Below, piece after piece: positions 1 through 12,659 of a DNA stretch of 64,000 bases. The notes under the pieces are model-generated. The model did not search any database. It was not told where the DNA came from and was given only the letters and a program-made list of their open reading frames with translations. How positions within the stretch are numbered: the stretch's first letter is position 1; every line of letters begins with the position of its first letter. This stretch comes from Octopus sinensis. Lineage: Eukaryota. Where the stretch lies: contig NC_043001.1 in NCBI RefSeq assembly GCF_006345805.1, positions 11,780,001 through 11,844,000 on the forward strand, given 5' to 3'. Both the position numbers and the translations under genes were made by a program.

Positions 1-79
1 TTAATATCAGTAACTTTCTGTGCAAATTTTACTCTTCTTTTCTCCCTGACTACTCGAATATGTAAACATACCTTTTTTA

Positions 80-378
80 TTATTTATTTATGCGTCCTTT
101 TCAACCCTAGCCAGGCTCATGGGCCCGGTTTCACGGTTTCTGAGGCGTATGTATTGCCCCCACCTGGACGGACGCCAGTCCATCGCAGTGTTACTCAAGG
201 AACAGGAAAAGAGAGTGAGAGAAAGTTGGGGCGAAAGATTACAACAGGGGTGCCCCCACCCGCTGCCGGGGCCTCGTGCAGCTTTAGGTGTTTTCGCTCA
301 AAAAACACACACAACGCCTGGTCTGGGAATCGAAACTGCAATCTCCAGCCGCGAGTCCGCTGCCCTAACCACTGGGTG
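80..378 (-). mobile_element. tRNA-derived SINE, family C head with tail T3
   Basis: Minus strand reads cccagtggttagggcagcggactcgcggc...gtttcgattcccagacc (A/B-box-like), family C body, then a tail containing cgatggactggcgtccgtccagg not seen in other copies. Confidence 0.85.
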
Positions 379-1829
379 AATGTGCCTCCCAAAAACATAC
401 CTTTTATTGCCACAGATTAAACGCCTGATAAAAATTAACGAGATAAGCACCTGCCAATATATACAAAGAGCATAATTGCCAAAACTATAAGCCACAGCAA
501 AACTTATAAAAAGAGAAGGGAAACTTAAACATCTCCCACAAAAGATATATATATATGTATATAGGTATGTCGAATTTTCCGTTTATTATCTTTTTATTTA
601 ATCCTGAAAAAAGTTATTATTATTTCTTTATATTATTATTTTTTTCTATCAGTAATTAAAACCCAAGGGCATGATCAGCGCTATCATTGATTGCTAATTG
701 TGGTAACCACATTTGACTTCTGCTGACTGCAAGGTATAACGCCTCTTTCGTCTCCTGATCGAACAGGAATGCGAAACTCCATTGTTGACCGCCCTCTCAC
801 CATTTGCCGAACGTATTTACTGACCCTTGGAATTTGGTTTATTCACCAAGCTGCTTCTCTTCCTCCTACTATCTTCTCCAACCATCACATATTTATGATT
901 ATCTCAAGTACAAAACGGAAGTGGAAACTAACAATATTCAGTAATACCACACAGTAGTAGGAGGAAAGATGGCGTCTCCAGACGGTTACACTACCAGTGC
1001 TTGTAGGAGATCTTGGAATGATCATAAAAAGAACTGAAAGTTATTTTAGAACAATCCCTGGATTACAATCCATGCCTGCAGTGCAAAATATTGTCTGAAC
1101 TGGTACTCAACACGCATCGAGAAGAGCATTTTTGCTGTGAATTTTTTTCCCGTTTTTGCCCTTAATTTTCGTTGTATACATTTATATATTTTTCTTACTT
1201 TTCCATTTTTCTCTCTGTCTTTCTTCCCCTTCTTTCTACATCACATGACCTGGAGAGATTTGACCGTAATCCTTACTTGTTGTGTGTTCTTTGAGAAAAC
1301 GGAATTCAGGAACCTTTGTAGCGGATGAGCTACTCGACCCTATTGATATTCCCAACTGGGCGTCACCTGCAAGGTCATGCGCTGTATATCTTGATATGAG
1401 AATACCGTATCATGCATATATTTTTGCGATGACTGTACCTGGGCGTACAGAGAACATCTTAAATTTTAAAGAGTCTAACACTGCTAAACTAGAGAATAGC
1501 GGAAATGTTTGACGAAAGCCTCAATTCTTACTGTGATTCTATGTGTGTAACTAAATGCAGAGAAAATACCATTAATACAATGCAGGTGTAAATCTTATGA
1601 AAAAGACAAGTAGAGAACTATCACCTGTAATATGAGAATTGATTACCGGTATAAAGTCCAGCTTAATTCATGAGCATTGGAATAACAACTGCTGCCAAAT
1701 GAACAGAAACTAGTAGTTCAGTTCTTTATAGAATAAATAATATTCTGAGGAATTAAAAAGAGATGATCATCAATGGCCGAGACTGACAGTAATAATTTAC
1801 TGGAACCGACTTGAGAGTTGTGAACCCCT

Positions 1830-2324
1830 TCGGTCATGAATGACCATGAGATTGCAACTTGAAAGTTACCCTCCGAGGCACAAGTCCGGGCAAGGTTCTT
1901 TATGGAAAGCCAGTAGTCGCCCACGCATACCAGCCTCCCCTCTCCTCGCCACCGATGTTAGACATGGGAAAGGCAAAGGCCGATACAGCTTGGCACCAGT
2001 GACGTTTGCAGCTCATTTAGTAACGTGCAAGTGGCTGAGCACTCCACAGACACGTGTACCCGTAACGTAGTTTTCGAGGAGGTTCAGCGTGACATAGAGT
2101 GTGACAAGGCTGGCTCTTTGAAATACAGGTGCAACAGAAACAGGAACAAAAAAGAGTGAGAGAAAGTTATGGTGAAAGAGTACAGCAGGGTCCCTCCCTG
2201 CCGGAGCCTCGTGGGGTTTAGGTGTTTTCGCTCAATAAACACTCACAATGCCCGGTTTGGGAATCGAAGCCGCGATCCTACGACCGCGAGTCCGCTGCCC
2301 TAACCACTGGGCCATTGCGCCTCC
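1830..2324 (-). mobile_element. SINE family C, mosaic tail (T2 switching to T5 near 2020)
   Basis: Full head ggaggcgcaatggcccagtgg at 2324, body, T2 segment, then an unrelated tail (gtcactggtgccaagctgtatcggcctttgcctttccc). Confidence 0.85.
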
Positions 2325-3371
2325 ACCGACGTGAGTGTAATCAAAAGCAAAATATGGCTACGGGTACTTGGATTATCAAATACTGGGGAAAAAAATTCAA
2401 CGGGACGTTATTTAGTGGGAAAGTAAAATTAGAGAGAATAAGTTCATGGGAGAAGTCTGTTGCTTTTACTATTGTCTAAATCCAGCGGCTCTTAACGTAA
2501 GCAACACGAGAGCAGGATGTGTATTAAGAGAATATGAACAACGCATAAACCATGTATCATTTATGGAGGATCGGAAAAGTGTGTAAAGCAAGTTGAAAAT
2601 GAAATTTTAGCTAGGATAAGAAAGCTTACACCATTAATAAACACGGCAAATTTGAAATGAAGAGGGACAAATTGTTTGACAGAAGAGTAATTAAGTCCTC
2701 CACTGTAAAAAAATATCAAAGAAATTGGGAAGAAAATTGGATAGATGTAATTTGAATGCGGGAATCCGATAGTATAAAAGAAAAGAGAAGCCAGGTACTA
2801 ATGAATAGAATTTAGAAGAGCCAAGGAAATATTAATATCTTACCAGAAAAGTATAAATGTTAGGAGAGATTTCAACTTGGATGCTGTTTCAATCTTTCGA
2901 TACAATGTGGGTGTCTTCATTTGGTATACCCAGAGACTGCAGGATATTGAACAGAAATTCGAAAAGTTGTTGTATGATAAAAAAAAATAAAAAACGATAT
3001 TTATTAGACTGTATAGGAAATGCAATTATGTTGGAGAAGATTTCATGAGCGTAGAAGATAATGTTACAATGCAGAAACACTGTCTGTACAAAGATGTGTT
3101 AAAAAGTAAAGAAAATATATATATATAAGATAAAACGTGCTGAGAGCTGTGAAAAAAGAAGACATTCCTGAAAAAATTAGCTAAGATAGCATTGAAAGCT
3201 CGCAAGAAAAATTAACATTAAAAATGATTCAATTTTTTTTTTTCATACAAAATTACTGGGCCTTAGGACTGGTTGAATAAACATGATCTGAAATATGACA
3301 CAGATGTCCACGAACATATAGCATGAACACGAACAATCAGATCACAAACAGATATAGAGTAGCGTAGCGTT

Positions 3372-3796
3372 ACTACTTTTTACTCATTTACTTGTTTCAG
3401 TCATTTGACTGCGGCCATGCTGGAGCACCGCCTTTAGTCGAGCAAATCGACCCCGGGACTTATTCTTTGTAAGCCTAGTACTTATTCTATCGGTCTCTTT
3501 TGCCGAACCGCTAAGTTACGGGGACGTAAACACACCAGCATCGGTTGTCAAGCGATGTTGGTGGGACAAACACAGACACACAAACATACACACACACACA
3601 CACACACCACACATATATATATATATATATATACGACGGGTTTCTTTCAGTTTCCGTCTACCAAATCCACTCACAAGGCTTTAGTTGGCCCGAGGCTATA
3701 GTAGAAGACACTTTCCCAACGTGCCACGCAGTGGGACTGAACTCGGAACCATGTGGTTGGTAAACAAGCTACTTGTCACACAGCCACTCTTGTGCC
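3372..3796 (-). mobile_element. tRNA-derived SINE family B with internal (TA)n(TG)n
   Basis: Head ggagtggctgtgtgg...gttccgagttcagtcccactgcgtgg, internal microsatellite, tail ...gcagtcaaatgactgaaacaagtaaa; matches copies at 9464, 12214, 42811, 55896. Confidence 0.9.
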
Positions 3797-4415
3797 TATA
3801 TGTCGATTATTTTACAAAAGAGAAAAGACTGCAACCGACATAGTCTCATAGTGTAATATGCTGACAGTGAAGCAATGCAGAGAGGCGAGATAGACGAGAA
3901 TATTGCATTAGTCCTACGCAGATAATTTTGCGCGTTCAAGAAAAGAAAGCGCTACGAACGTTGACCAACAATTAAATGTTGAAAATGATCAGGTAAAAGT
4001 TTTATCGGATATGAAAAGCTTGGCATACTAGGAATTGGAATATTTATCTCTATAATTGAAAAATATATCAGAATTTCTATGACGAAATATGTAACCAGTC
4101 TATTTGATTGCAAGGGGAAGAATTAAGAAACTGTGACTAAATAAATATCAGGGCTTTAAGTGGAATTTAAAATGGTTTCATTCTGCTGAGAGGTGTAGCA
4201 TTCGTAAATATCATCAAATAGGTTTTTTTTTTATATAATCATCATAATAAGTAACGTGATATCGCAGGAAGAATATTTCCTCGCTAGAGCACGAATTTAC
4301 AGTAGCGGACTGAATATCTGAAGACGAAAGTAGCAACTTCATGTTCGGGAAAAGAAACCAGTAGAGTTATAAATATCCTTGGTCCGTATTATATATAACA
4401 GCGACAACGACAACA

Positions 4416-4828
4416 GAAGCGGGATGAAGGCCCAGTGGTTAGGGCGGCGGATTCGCGGTCGTAAGAACGCGGTTTCGAATCCCAGACCGGACATTGTTAG
4501 TGTTTATCGAGCAAAAACACCTAAGGTCCACGAGGCTCCGGCAAGGGATGGTGGTGAACCCCCCTGTACCCTTTGCACCACAACTTTCTCGCACTCTTTC
4601 TTCCTAGTTCTGCCAAAAAGCAGAGGAACCATGGTGTAACTCACTATGGTGTGGTAAACTTTCAGACCCTAGTCTAGATTGCGAATCCTATGTACCCCAG
4701 GATGGTTCAGCTCTCCACCAGTTAAAAGCCAACGTTTACAGAATGAGGATAACCGCCAGTCTACCCCGTGTGGTGGGTGGATCTTCAAGTTGCCACACGC
4801 ATTCTTAGTAGCTTAGAGTAGACTCAAA
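4416..4828 (+). mobile_element. SINE family C head with tail T4
   Basis: ggcccagtggttagggcggcggattcgcggtcgtaag...gtttcgaatcccagacc head and body, followed by about 200 nt of a tail absent from other copies. Confidence 0.75.
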
Positions 4829-5198
4829 TTACAGATTATTCTTTGTGGCTAATGGCGTGAGTCCTGATTGGAAGGAGACAGCAGCGGATGGCGAGATAAC
4901 AATGGAGCTGGATATTTCAACATTCTTGTAAATATTTAGGCTTAGATAAAAACTAAAATTATGTATGTGAAAAGTGGCTAAACTAGAATAAAACATGTAT
5001 ATTTTGGTAGAAACCAAATATCAAAACTCATTTTACTAGCTAACTGCACCCAAAATTCCATCAACGAATTGGACCAGGCTTCTGAAGCTTAAGTAGTAAA
5101 AAAACACCCTTTTCTTGTACATAGATCAACAGCTATGCTAGTTATTAACGCATAACTTTGCGTGGCATATATTTTCACGAAATTGACTTCCTTTATAA

Positions 5199-5264
<66 letters not shown>

Positions 5265-5357
5265 CAATATAGGTGGCAAAAAAATTTTGTAGAATTTTTT
5301 TGCCACCAGCGGCCTAGTGGGAAAAAATAAAAGTCATAGACCATTTTTAAGTTCAAC

Positions 5358-5596
5358 ATCACAATCAAGGAACGGCCATAATAGGCCATTCACCCACTAG
5401 AATACAGCCAAAAGCTTTAACCGCAAAATAACATCAATTCCGTAAACCAGGAGAAAATTAAAAAAAAAAAAATTTACAGGGTAAATGTTTTTTAATTTTC
5501 TCCTGGTTTACGGAATTGATGTTATTTTGCGGTTAAAGCTTTTGGCTGTTATTTCTAGTGGGGAATGGCCTATTATGGCCGTTCCTTGATTGTGAT
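5358..5596. repeat. Foldback inverted repeat F1 (about 105-bp arms) between (TA)n tracts
   Basis: 5358-5462 is the reverse complement of 5488-5596 with a few indels; same family as 39916-40035. Confidence 0.9.
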
Positions 5597-6055
5597 ATAT
5601 ATATATATATATAAGAAATTAAATAAGGAAAATGCACATACTTTACATCATTTTAATATTCTTTTTACTATATCTTATATTGTGTTTGCCGACGGGCTTC
5701 GCTCTCGCTAATCATTATATTTCGCTAATCATTACGTATTTTCTTAAAATTTTTTTTTTAGTTCAAGTTGTGCGTGGATTTTATGAATGAATGATTCAAC
5801 AAGTAGAAAAATATAATGGTGGGCGGTGGAAATTGGTTATCATTATTATTGCGAATAGGGGAAATAATTGTTCATCTTTCGATAGTGGGCAGGAATATAT
5901 ATATACACGACAATTCAAAAACAAATCGTGAATTAAAATATAGAGAGAGATCAAAGTCGGTTATACGTGCATATTTATACGTGTTCTGTATTATTCGATG
6001 AATAAATTTTCTTTATTTAAACGTGCTTGTAAAGAAATTGTATTTTTGCAATATA

Positions 6056-6129
<74 letters not shown>

Positions 6130-6301
6130 ATAATAAATATAGGGAATAAATCCAAATTTACAGGGAAAAAATCAGATTTAGGATTAAATCGATTTTATAG
6201 TAAAATATTATAATATTATTCGAGACAAAACCACTATTTTGCAAAACAAACAAGGAAAGACTTAATTAATACATAAATTTTAATAAATAGTCAAAAAACC
6301 G

Positions 6302-6343
6302 CCACTACAATCGTTTTTGTCTTGATCGACAATCTTCAGGAGG
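6302..6343 (-). ncRNA. Mutated minimal hammerhead ribozyme copy
   Basis: cctc-CTGAAGA-ttgtc-gatcaa-gacaa-(G lost)AAAC-GATT-GTA-gtgg; core G missing and a stem I mismatch. Confidence 0.55.
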
Positions 6344-6393
6344 ACTTCCAATAATTCAGTGTCAAATTATTTTGACACTGAATTATTGGAAGT

Positions 6394-6436
6394 CCACCTG
6401 AAGATTGTCGATCAAGACAAGAAACGATTGTAGTGC
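6394..6436 (+). ncRNA. Minimal type I hammerhead ribozyme
   Basis: ccac-CTGAAGA-ttgtc/gacaa stem II-GAAA-C-GATT-GTA-gtg; intact core, stem I 3 bp in this copy. Confidence 0.7.
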
Positions 6437-6541
6437 GGGTTTTTGACTATTTATTAAAATTTTATGTATAATAAGTCTTTCCTTGTTTGTTTTGCAAAAT
6501 AGTGGTTTTGTCTCGAATAATATTTTATATATATATATATA

Positions 6542-6845
6542 TAGGGAGAGTTTACGAAAAACAAAACAAAATACAGCGAATAAACAAGGGCAAAAGAAAA
6601 ATTCTAATGACAAATATGCTGAAAATAGACAAATCGTCAATAACCTTATAATTTGTCACTATAAGCACGCGTCTCGAAGTAAGCTGACAGAAATTTCTAA
6701 AAATTCCGTTATTATCGGAATTAGAAATTTCTGTCGGCTTGATTCGAGACGCGTGCTTATAGTGATAAATTATATGGTTATTGACGATTTGTCTCTTTTC
6801 GTCATATTTGGCATTAGAATTCTTTTCTTTTGCCCTTGTTTATAA
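6542..6845. repeat. Foldback inverted repeat F3 (about 130-bp diverged arms)
   Basis: 6579-6707 is the reverse complement of 6716-6842 with scattered differences; left end gggagagtttacgaaaaa resembles the terminus at 47220. Confidence 0.85.
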
Positions 6846-6931
6846 ATTGCTTATAAAATTAACCTTTAAAGGTATTTTTTAATATGCTGACCATTGATAG
6901 AATTTTTTCGAAAAATTTTATCCTATATATG

Positions 6932-6960
<29 letters not shown>

Positions 6961-6964
<4 letters not shown>

Positions 6965-7268
6965 ATAAAAGGGCTTAGTAAAATAAACTACTTTGCCACA
7001 TACTGAACTCATTAGAAATAGCAGCCAAAAAAAGATTTTTTTTAGCCATTTCTAATACTTAAAGAAAATTTCTCTCAGATAGTGTTTACTCAAAATAACC
7101 CACGAAGGTATGGGGGGGTAAAAACATTCGTGGGTTATTTTGAGTAAACACTATCTGAGAGAAATTTTCTTTAAGTATTAGAAATGGCTAAAAAATCTTT
7201 TTTGGCTGCTATTTCTAATGAGTTCAGTATGTGGCAAAGTAGTTTTTTACTAAGCCCTTTTATACAAT
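6961..7268. repeat. Foldback inverted repeat F4 (about 143-bp near-identical arms)
   Basis: Begins TTGTATA after (TA)n and ends TATACAAT; arms 6961-7104 and 7127-7268. Confidence 0.9.
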
Positions 7269-7368
7269 GTAATATTTTGAATTCGCCTTAAATGGTCCCT
7301 TTACATACTGAATGCTTGGTGAAATTGATTAATAACTAATTAATTTTACCCTCAATTGTTGAAAATAT

Positions 7369-7399
<31 letters not shown>

Positions 7400-7423
7400 A
7401 TATATAATATATATATAATATGT

Positions 7424-7451
<28 letters not shown>

Positions 7452-7454
<3 letters not shown>

Positions 7455-7746
7455 CACCGTGATCACCGTGACCGACCAGGCCATCAGATGTTGTTACACA
7501 TCGCTGGTCACAATGCGCTTCGCACTGTTTTAGCCTTCAAATGACGCCACCCCGCTGGCTAAGTGAGTAGGTCAACAGAAGAAAGAGTGAGAGAAAGTTG
7601 TGGCGAAAGTGTACAGCAGGAATCGCCAACACCCTCTGCCGGAACCTCGTGGAGCTTTAGGTGTTTTTGCTCAATAAACACTCACAACGCCCGGTCTGGG
7701 AATCGAAACCGCAATCCTACGACAGCAAGTCCGCTGCCCTAACCGC
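7452..7746 (-). mobile_element. SINE family C with tail T1
   Basis: Family C head and body plus the T1 tail ending ggtcggtcacggtgatcacggtgat. Confidence 0.85.
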
Positions 7747-8349
7747 TAATACATAATTGGACTTGATCCAATAATTCAGCGTGAATTAGGCAGCCAGCAT
7801 TACATTATGTCATAATATTCTTAAATCCTATGATACCAAAAATAGCATTTGGGTAGCGTGCATTTTTTAAACTAACACACCATATTGTAAAACGATGTTG
7901 CTTCTTAGCTTTGAGAATGATAAACTTGAATATGCACGTGAGCAGCCGTGAAATGAGTCAAGAACAATTCTTCATATGAATCTCCAACGGCCTTCCAGAA
8001 TTGTTACTTGAAAATGTTGTTGACGTTTTGTGCATAGACAATCAATCAACTAGATTATAAGGTACAGAACATTTTCCCCCCATGATATTTCTATAAAAAA
8101 GAAATACACCTTAATTGTAGACATCATATGTCACCTTGCTCCAACGTGATGCAAAAGCAGCGTGCTGTGATGCTATTGTATTAGAAACACAATGAATAAC
8201 ATTAAGTGTATAATATTCAGTTTGTAATCAGGTCAACTCCCCTTCGGCAAAGTTTGACGGGTTGAAACCTCGACTTAAAGGGTTAGAACATATGGAACAT
8301 AGCATTTTGCTCGATGCTCTGAAAATTCGCCGAAACTTCTTCCAGGAAA

Positions 8350-8553
8350 TTATTGCTGCTGCTGCTATTGCTAATATTACTACATTCACTACTGCTACTA
8401 CTACTAGAATAACTGCTGCTAATACTACGACTACTACTGCTGCTGCTGTTGCTACTACTATTACTAGAATTACTAATGCCACTACTACTAGTATAGCTTC
8501 TACTACTACTACTACTGCTACTATTGCTGCTGCTACTAGAACTAGTATGGCTT

Positions 8554-8584
<31 letters not shown>

Positions 8585-8602
8585 TGCTGCTGCTGCTGTG
8601 TA
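8350..8602. repeat. Compound (CTA)n/(CTG)n trinucleotide microsatellite
   Basis: Direct inspection; accounts for the poly-T/A, poly-S and poly-V ORFs. Confidence 0.95.
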
Positions 8603-8680
8603 ACGTATAGGAAACTTTAATGGTATTATTATTACCTGAAATATGTTCAAACTTTATTGAGACATCAGAAGTTTCATGCT

Positions 8681-8872
8681 GGCGAGCTGGCAGAGTCGTT
8701 AGCACGCTGGACGAAATGCTTGGCTACGTTCTGAGTTCAAATTTCCCCGAGGTCGACTTAGCCATTTATCCTCTCCGAATCAATGAAATAACTATCACTT
8801 GATCACTGGGGCCAATGTAATCGACTGTACTCCTCCTTCAAAATATCAGGCCTTGTGCCTGTAACAGAAATG
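8681..8872 (+). mobile_element. SINE family A, degenerate, variant tail
   Basis: ggcgagctggcaga...gttctgagttcaaatt...gaggtcgac; tail ggccttgtgcctgtaacagaaa. Confidence 0.75.
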
Positions 8873-8982
8873 TTATTTTATCTATAGGATCGAAAGATGA
8901 ATATTGAACAGAAAGAGTATTGCTGCAGAATTCGTATGAATGGAAACATCAGTTACTGATTATGAAATCATTATAAGAAATT

Positions 8983-9338
8983 TATAGAATAAACTCCACC
9001 TGTCTAACACCTGTGGACATGTTTACAACGTCAGAAAACAGCGCAGCTCCCATGGCTTTCGGAAACATTTTTTCACGCTAAGAGTTGCTGAAGCATGGAA
9101 CAAACTGCCTGCATCAGTTGTTAGTTGTCGGAGAACTGCATCCTTCAAAACTTCCATGCTTCCTGAGATTCGCCAACACTACACTTGATTTTCTCCCCTC
9201 CATACACACGCAAACATGTATCTGACTCATACACTGTTCACTTCCCAGACATTTGTACATTACTGCATATGCTTTATACGGACTTTTGACAAGTTGTGGG
9301 GCATCTGAGCACTCTATACAATAATTTCATTATTATTA
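8983..9338 (+). mobile_element. CR1/L2-type LINE 3' fragment
   Basis: Encodes HVYNVRKQRSSHGFRKHFFTLRVAEAWNKLPASVV...* (CR1-type RT C-terminus), 3' UTR and (att)n tail; TSD ttataagaaatt at 8971-8982 and 9339-9350. Confidence 0.8.
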
Positions 9339-9463
9339 TTATAAGAAATTATTATCAGAACTTAGCACAGATTGATAACGGAAAGGTTTGACCGCAATCC
9401 TTATTAGTGTGTTGTTTAAGAAAATCTGAACTTGAATAAAATAAGTATATCAAATAATTAAAT

Positions 9464-9627
9464 GACAGGAGTGGCTGTGTGGTAAGTAGCTTGTTTACCA
9501 ACCACACGGTTCCGGGTTCAGTCCCACTGCGTGGAACTTTGGGCAAGTGTCTTCTGCTATAGCCTCGGGCTGACCAAAGCCTTGTGAGTGGATTTGGTAG
9601 ACGGAAACGGAAAGAAGCCCGTCGTAC

Positions 9628-9670
<43 letters not shown>

Positions 9671-9900
9671 GGGTGTGTTTGTGTGTCTGTGTTTATCCCC
9701 CTAGCATTGCTTCACAACCGATGCTAGTGTGTTTATATCCGCGTTACTTAGCGGTTCGGCAAAAGAGTCCGATAGAATAAGTACAGGGCTTACAAAAGAA
9801 TAAGTCCCGGGGTCGAGTTGCTCGATTAAAGGCGGTGCTCCAGCATGGCCGCAGTCAAATAACTGAAACAAGTAAAAGAGTAAAGAGTAAAGAGTAAGAG
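9464..9900 (+). mobile_element. SINE family B
   Basis: Full-length match to family B with tail (aaagagt)n. Confidence 0.9.
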
Positions 9901-10559
9901 ATAAACAGGGAAACCGAAACGAAAACAGATTTGTAATGGAAGGAAAGGAATGAAAGGAATTTGTGAGAGAAATATATTCAAGAGGAAGACTTCTAGTACG
10001 ACACCTTTTCTGTTTGGAGTTGCGGCATTTGACTGTTTCTTTTAATATTGGACTAGGTGCGCGGATAGAAGTCTTAAGAGACGGTAATCAAACGATACTC
10101 ATCTCGAAAAGCCATTAGAGCAGGACAAGGCTTCCGTTGGGAATTTGGTGTGACACTTATTTTATTTTCGAAAGATTTCAAAAAAAAAAAAAAATCTCTC
10201 ATATCATCTTAGATAATGAAGGACAGATAATGAGAGAGAAGATAATTAGGCGACCGAAGATTTGAAAGAAATGAGAAGATGAGAAGACAAAGGAAAATTC
10301 ATCATAATAAAAAATATTTTTAAGAAGTGATATTATTGGCACTTCCGATTGGTTCTTAAAACTAGGCTAAATACTAAGAGGATAAAGATCTCGGTCATTA
10401 AGCTATGGAAATATTGTAGAAGTAGCGAGACATATATATGTTAATAAGCAAGGCGCGATAAGAACATAAGGACGTAAACACAATGGACTATTAAAAAATC
10501 CATGAAATATAATTACAGAAAGATAGAGATCTTTTCCACAAATATGTAAATATGATATC

Positions 10560-10573
10560 AGGTATATATATAC

Positions 10574-10654
<81 letters not shown>

Positions 10655-10804
10655 TATATACACATATATATATATACAACATATATATATATACACATAT
10701 ATATATATATAATATATATATATATATACAACATATATATATATATATACACACACACATATATATATATACACACACACACACATATATATATATATAT
10801 TATA

Positions 10805-10838
<34 letters not shown>

Positions 10839-11120
10839 CACACATATATGTATATATACACACACATATATATATATATACACACATATATATATATACA
10901 TATATATACACACATATATATACATATATATATATATATACACACACACATATATATATATACGCATTTATACACACACACACACATATATATATATAAT
11001 ATATATATACATACATATATATATACATATATACACACATATATATATATATATACACACATATATACATACATATATATATATATAGATAGATGTATAT
11101 ATATATATACATGTATACAT

Positions 11121-11165
<45 letters not shown>
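10560..11165. repeat. About 600-bp compound (TA)n/(CA)n microsatellite
   Basis: Direct inspection. Confidence 0.95.
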
Positions 11166-11166
<1 letters not shown>

Positions 11167-11245
11167 TGTGTAAATGTGGGGTATTTAGTAATGAATAAAG
11201 AGAAACTAATACTCTTGGGGAAGGCAAAAATGTTTTTTTTTACAG

Positions 11246-11411
11246 TCAAGGGAATTAACGTATATGATTCAGAACCTGTAGTGTATGTTGTGAAGACGAA
11301 AGAATATTGGTTTCTAATTTTCGAACAAGACCAACAATTTGGGGAGTGTGGCATTTCGACTACTGTGTTCTGCGATGCGAAACTGGTGCTTGCTTTAGGG
11401 ACCTCGAAAAG
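11246..11411 (+). CDS. Candidate internal exon of an unidentified host gene
   Basis: Acceptor tttttttttacag, open frame (V)[54 protein letters not shown](R), weak donor AG|gtgaaa; protein not recognised. Confidence 0.3.
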
Positions 11412-11727
11412 GTGAAAGATAAAATAAAACTTTGCGGAATTTGAACTCAGGACGGAAAGACGGATGAAATGCTGCTAGGTGGTTTACCGGCGGGCTAACG
11501 ACTCTGCAATTTCGTCGCCTTACGATGAAAAATTATTTATAGACTGCATTAAATAAAAAGTAAAGTTTAAAGTAAAGAGGAAACACCAAAATTTTGTCTG
11601 AGACGATGTCAACGAAGTCTTGATATGACTTATACTGGAATGACCGTTTGGTGATAAAGAAAAGAAAGAGAAAAACAGGTCGAAAAAATGTGCTGAATAC
11701 CTAAAGTTTTGTGATTTCATTGTTATA

Positions 11728-11958
11728 TATTTCTCTACTGCCCACAAGAGGCTAAACATAGAGCGGACAAACAAGGACGGCCAAAGGGATTAAGTCGATT
11801 ACATCGACGCCAGTGGGAAACTGGTACTTAATTTCTCGACCCCGAAAGGATGAAAGGTAAAGACGACCTCGGCGGAATTTGAACTCAGAACGTAACGGCA
11901 GACGAAATACGGCAACACATTTCGCCCGGCGTGCTAACGTTTCTGCCAACTCGCCGCC
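11728..11958 (-). mobile_element. SINE family A
   Basis: Minus strand ggcggcgagttggcagaaacgttagcacgccgggcg...gagttcaaattccgccgagg...ttcatcctttcggggtcga. Confidence 0.9.
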
Positions 11959-12213
11959 TTCTTATTTCATTATTATAATTAGTTTGATCAGTGTATAGTT
12001 TCCACTCACATAATTTGGTTGTTCCCTTTAAACAGAGATTCGGTAAAGAAATCTAGTAACAGAGAAACATGTCTGGGATTGATGTTGTTGAAACGATCAA
12101 ATATCAGGTGAATATTTTATTCCAGTTCAAATCTCCTTAACGAACACGCAACAAGTAAGGATTATGGTCAAATCTTTCCCTAATCAGTCCGTACTAAGTT
12201 CTGATGATACTGT

Positions 12214-12659
12214 CTTACTCTTACTCTCTTTGACTCTCTCTTATTTGTTTCAGTCATTTGACTGTGGCCATGCTGGAGCACTGCCTTTAGTCGAGCAAAC
12301 CTACCCCAGGACTTATTCTTTGTAAGTCTAGTACTTATTCTATCGGTCTCTTTTTGCCGAACCGCTAAGTTACGGGGACGTAAACACACCAGCATCAGTT
12401 GTCAAGCGATGTTGGTGGTGGACAAACACAGACACACAAACATATACACACACATATACATGCATACACACACATATATATACATATATATACATACGAC
12501 AGGCTTCTTTCAGTTTCCGTCTACCAAATCCACTCACAAGGATTTGGGCGGCCCGAGGCTATAGTAGAAGACACTTGCCCAAGGTGCCACGCAGTGGGAC
12601 TGAACCGGGAGCCATGTCGATCGTAAGCAATCTACTTACCACACAGCCACTCCTACGCC
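12214..12659 (-). mobile_element. SINE family B
   Basis: Full-length family B match interrupting an older dispersed repeat. Confidence 0.9.

Larger units (their letters stand above)
6135..6530. repeat. Foldback element F2 with two head-to-head hammerhead copies
   Basis: Arms about 6208-6366 and 6371-6530 around the hairpin ataattcagtgtcaaa-ttat-tttgacactgaattat; a dispersed copy lies at 63400-63640. Confidence 0.9.

Noticed and set aside
119-420. ORFs inside SINE copies (also 2222, 3545, 4379, 12399, 17550, 18252, 30108, 43001, 49329)
   Set aside because: Chance frames in non-coding SINE sequence; stops are not conserved between copies.
2800-3100. Possible L1/Tx1 zinc-finger remnant
   Set aside because: Only scattered residues across stops; too decayed to support.
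8228-8705. Poly-Thr/Ser/Val ORFs resembling a mucin
   Set aside because: Produced by a trinucleotide microsatellite that is open in several frames on both strands.
10403-11354. Long YI/HT/CV-repeat ORFs (also at 19424, 41306, 44225, 45608, 55688 and 59289-60071)
   Set aside because: Translations of (TA)n/(CA)n microsatellites.
12201-12207. CTGATGA and similar lone core heptamers (16478, 17444, 18208, 27251, 29352, 46408, 57263)
   Set aside because: No matching GAAA with paired stems; expected by chance.
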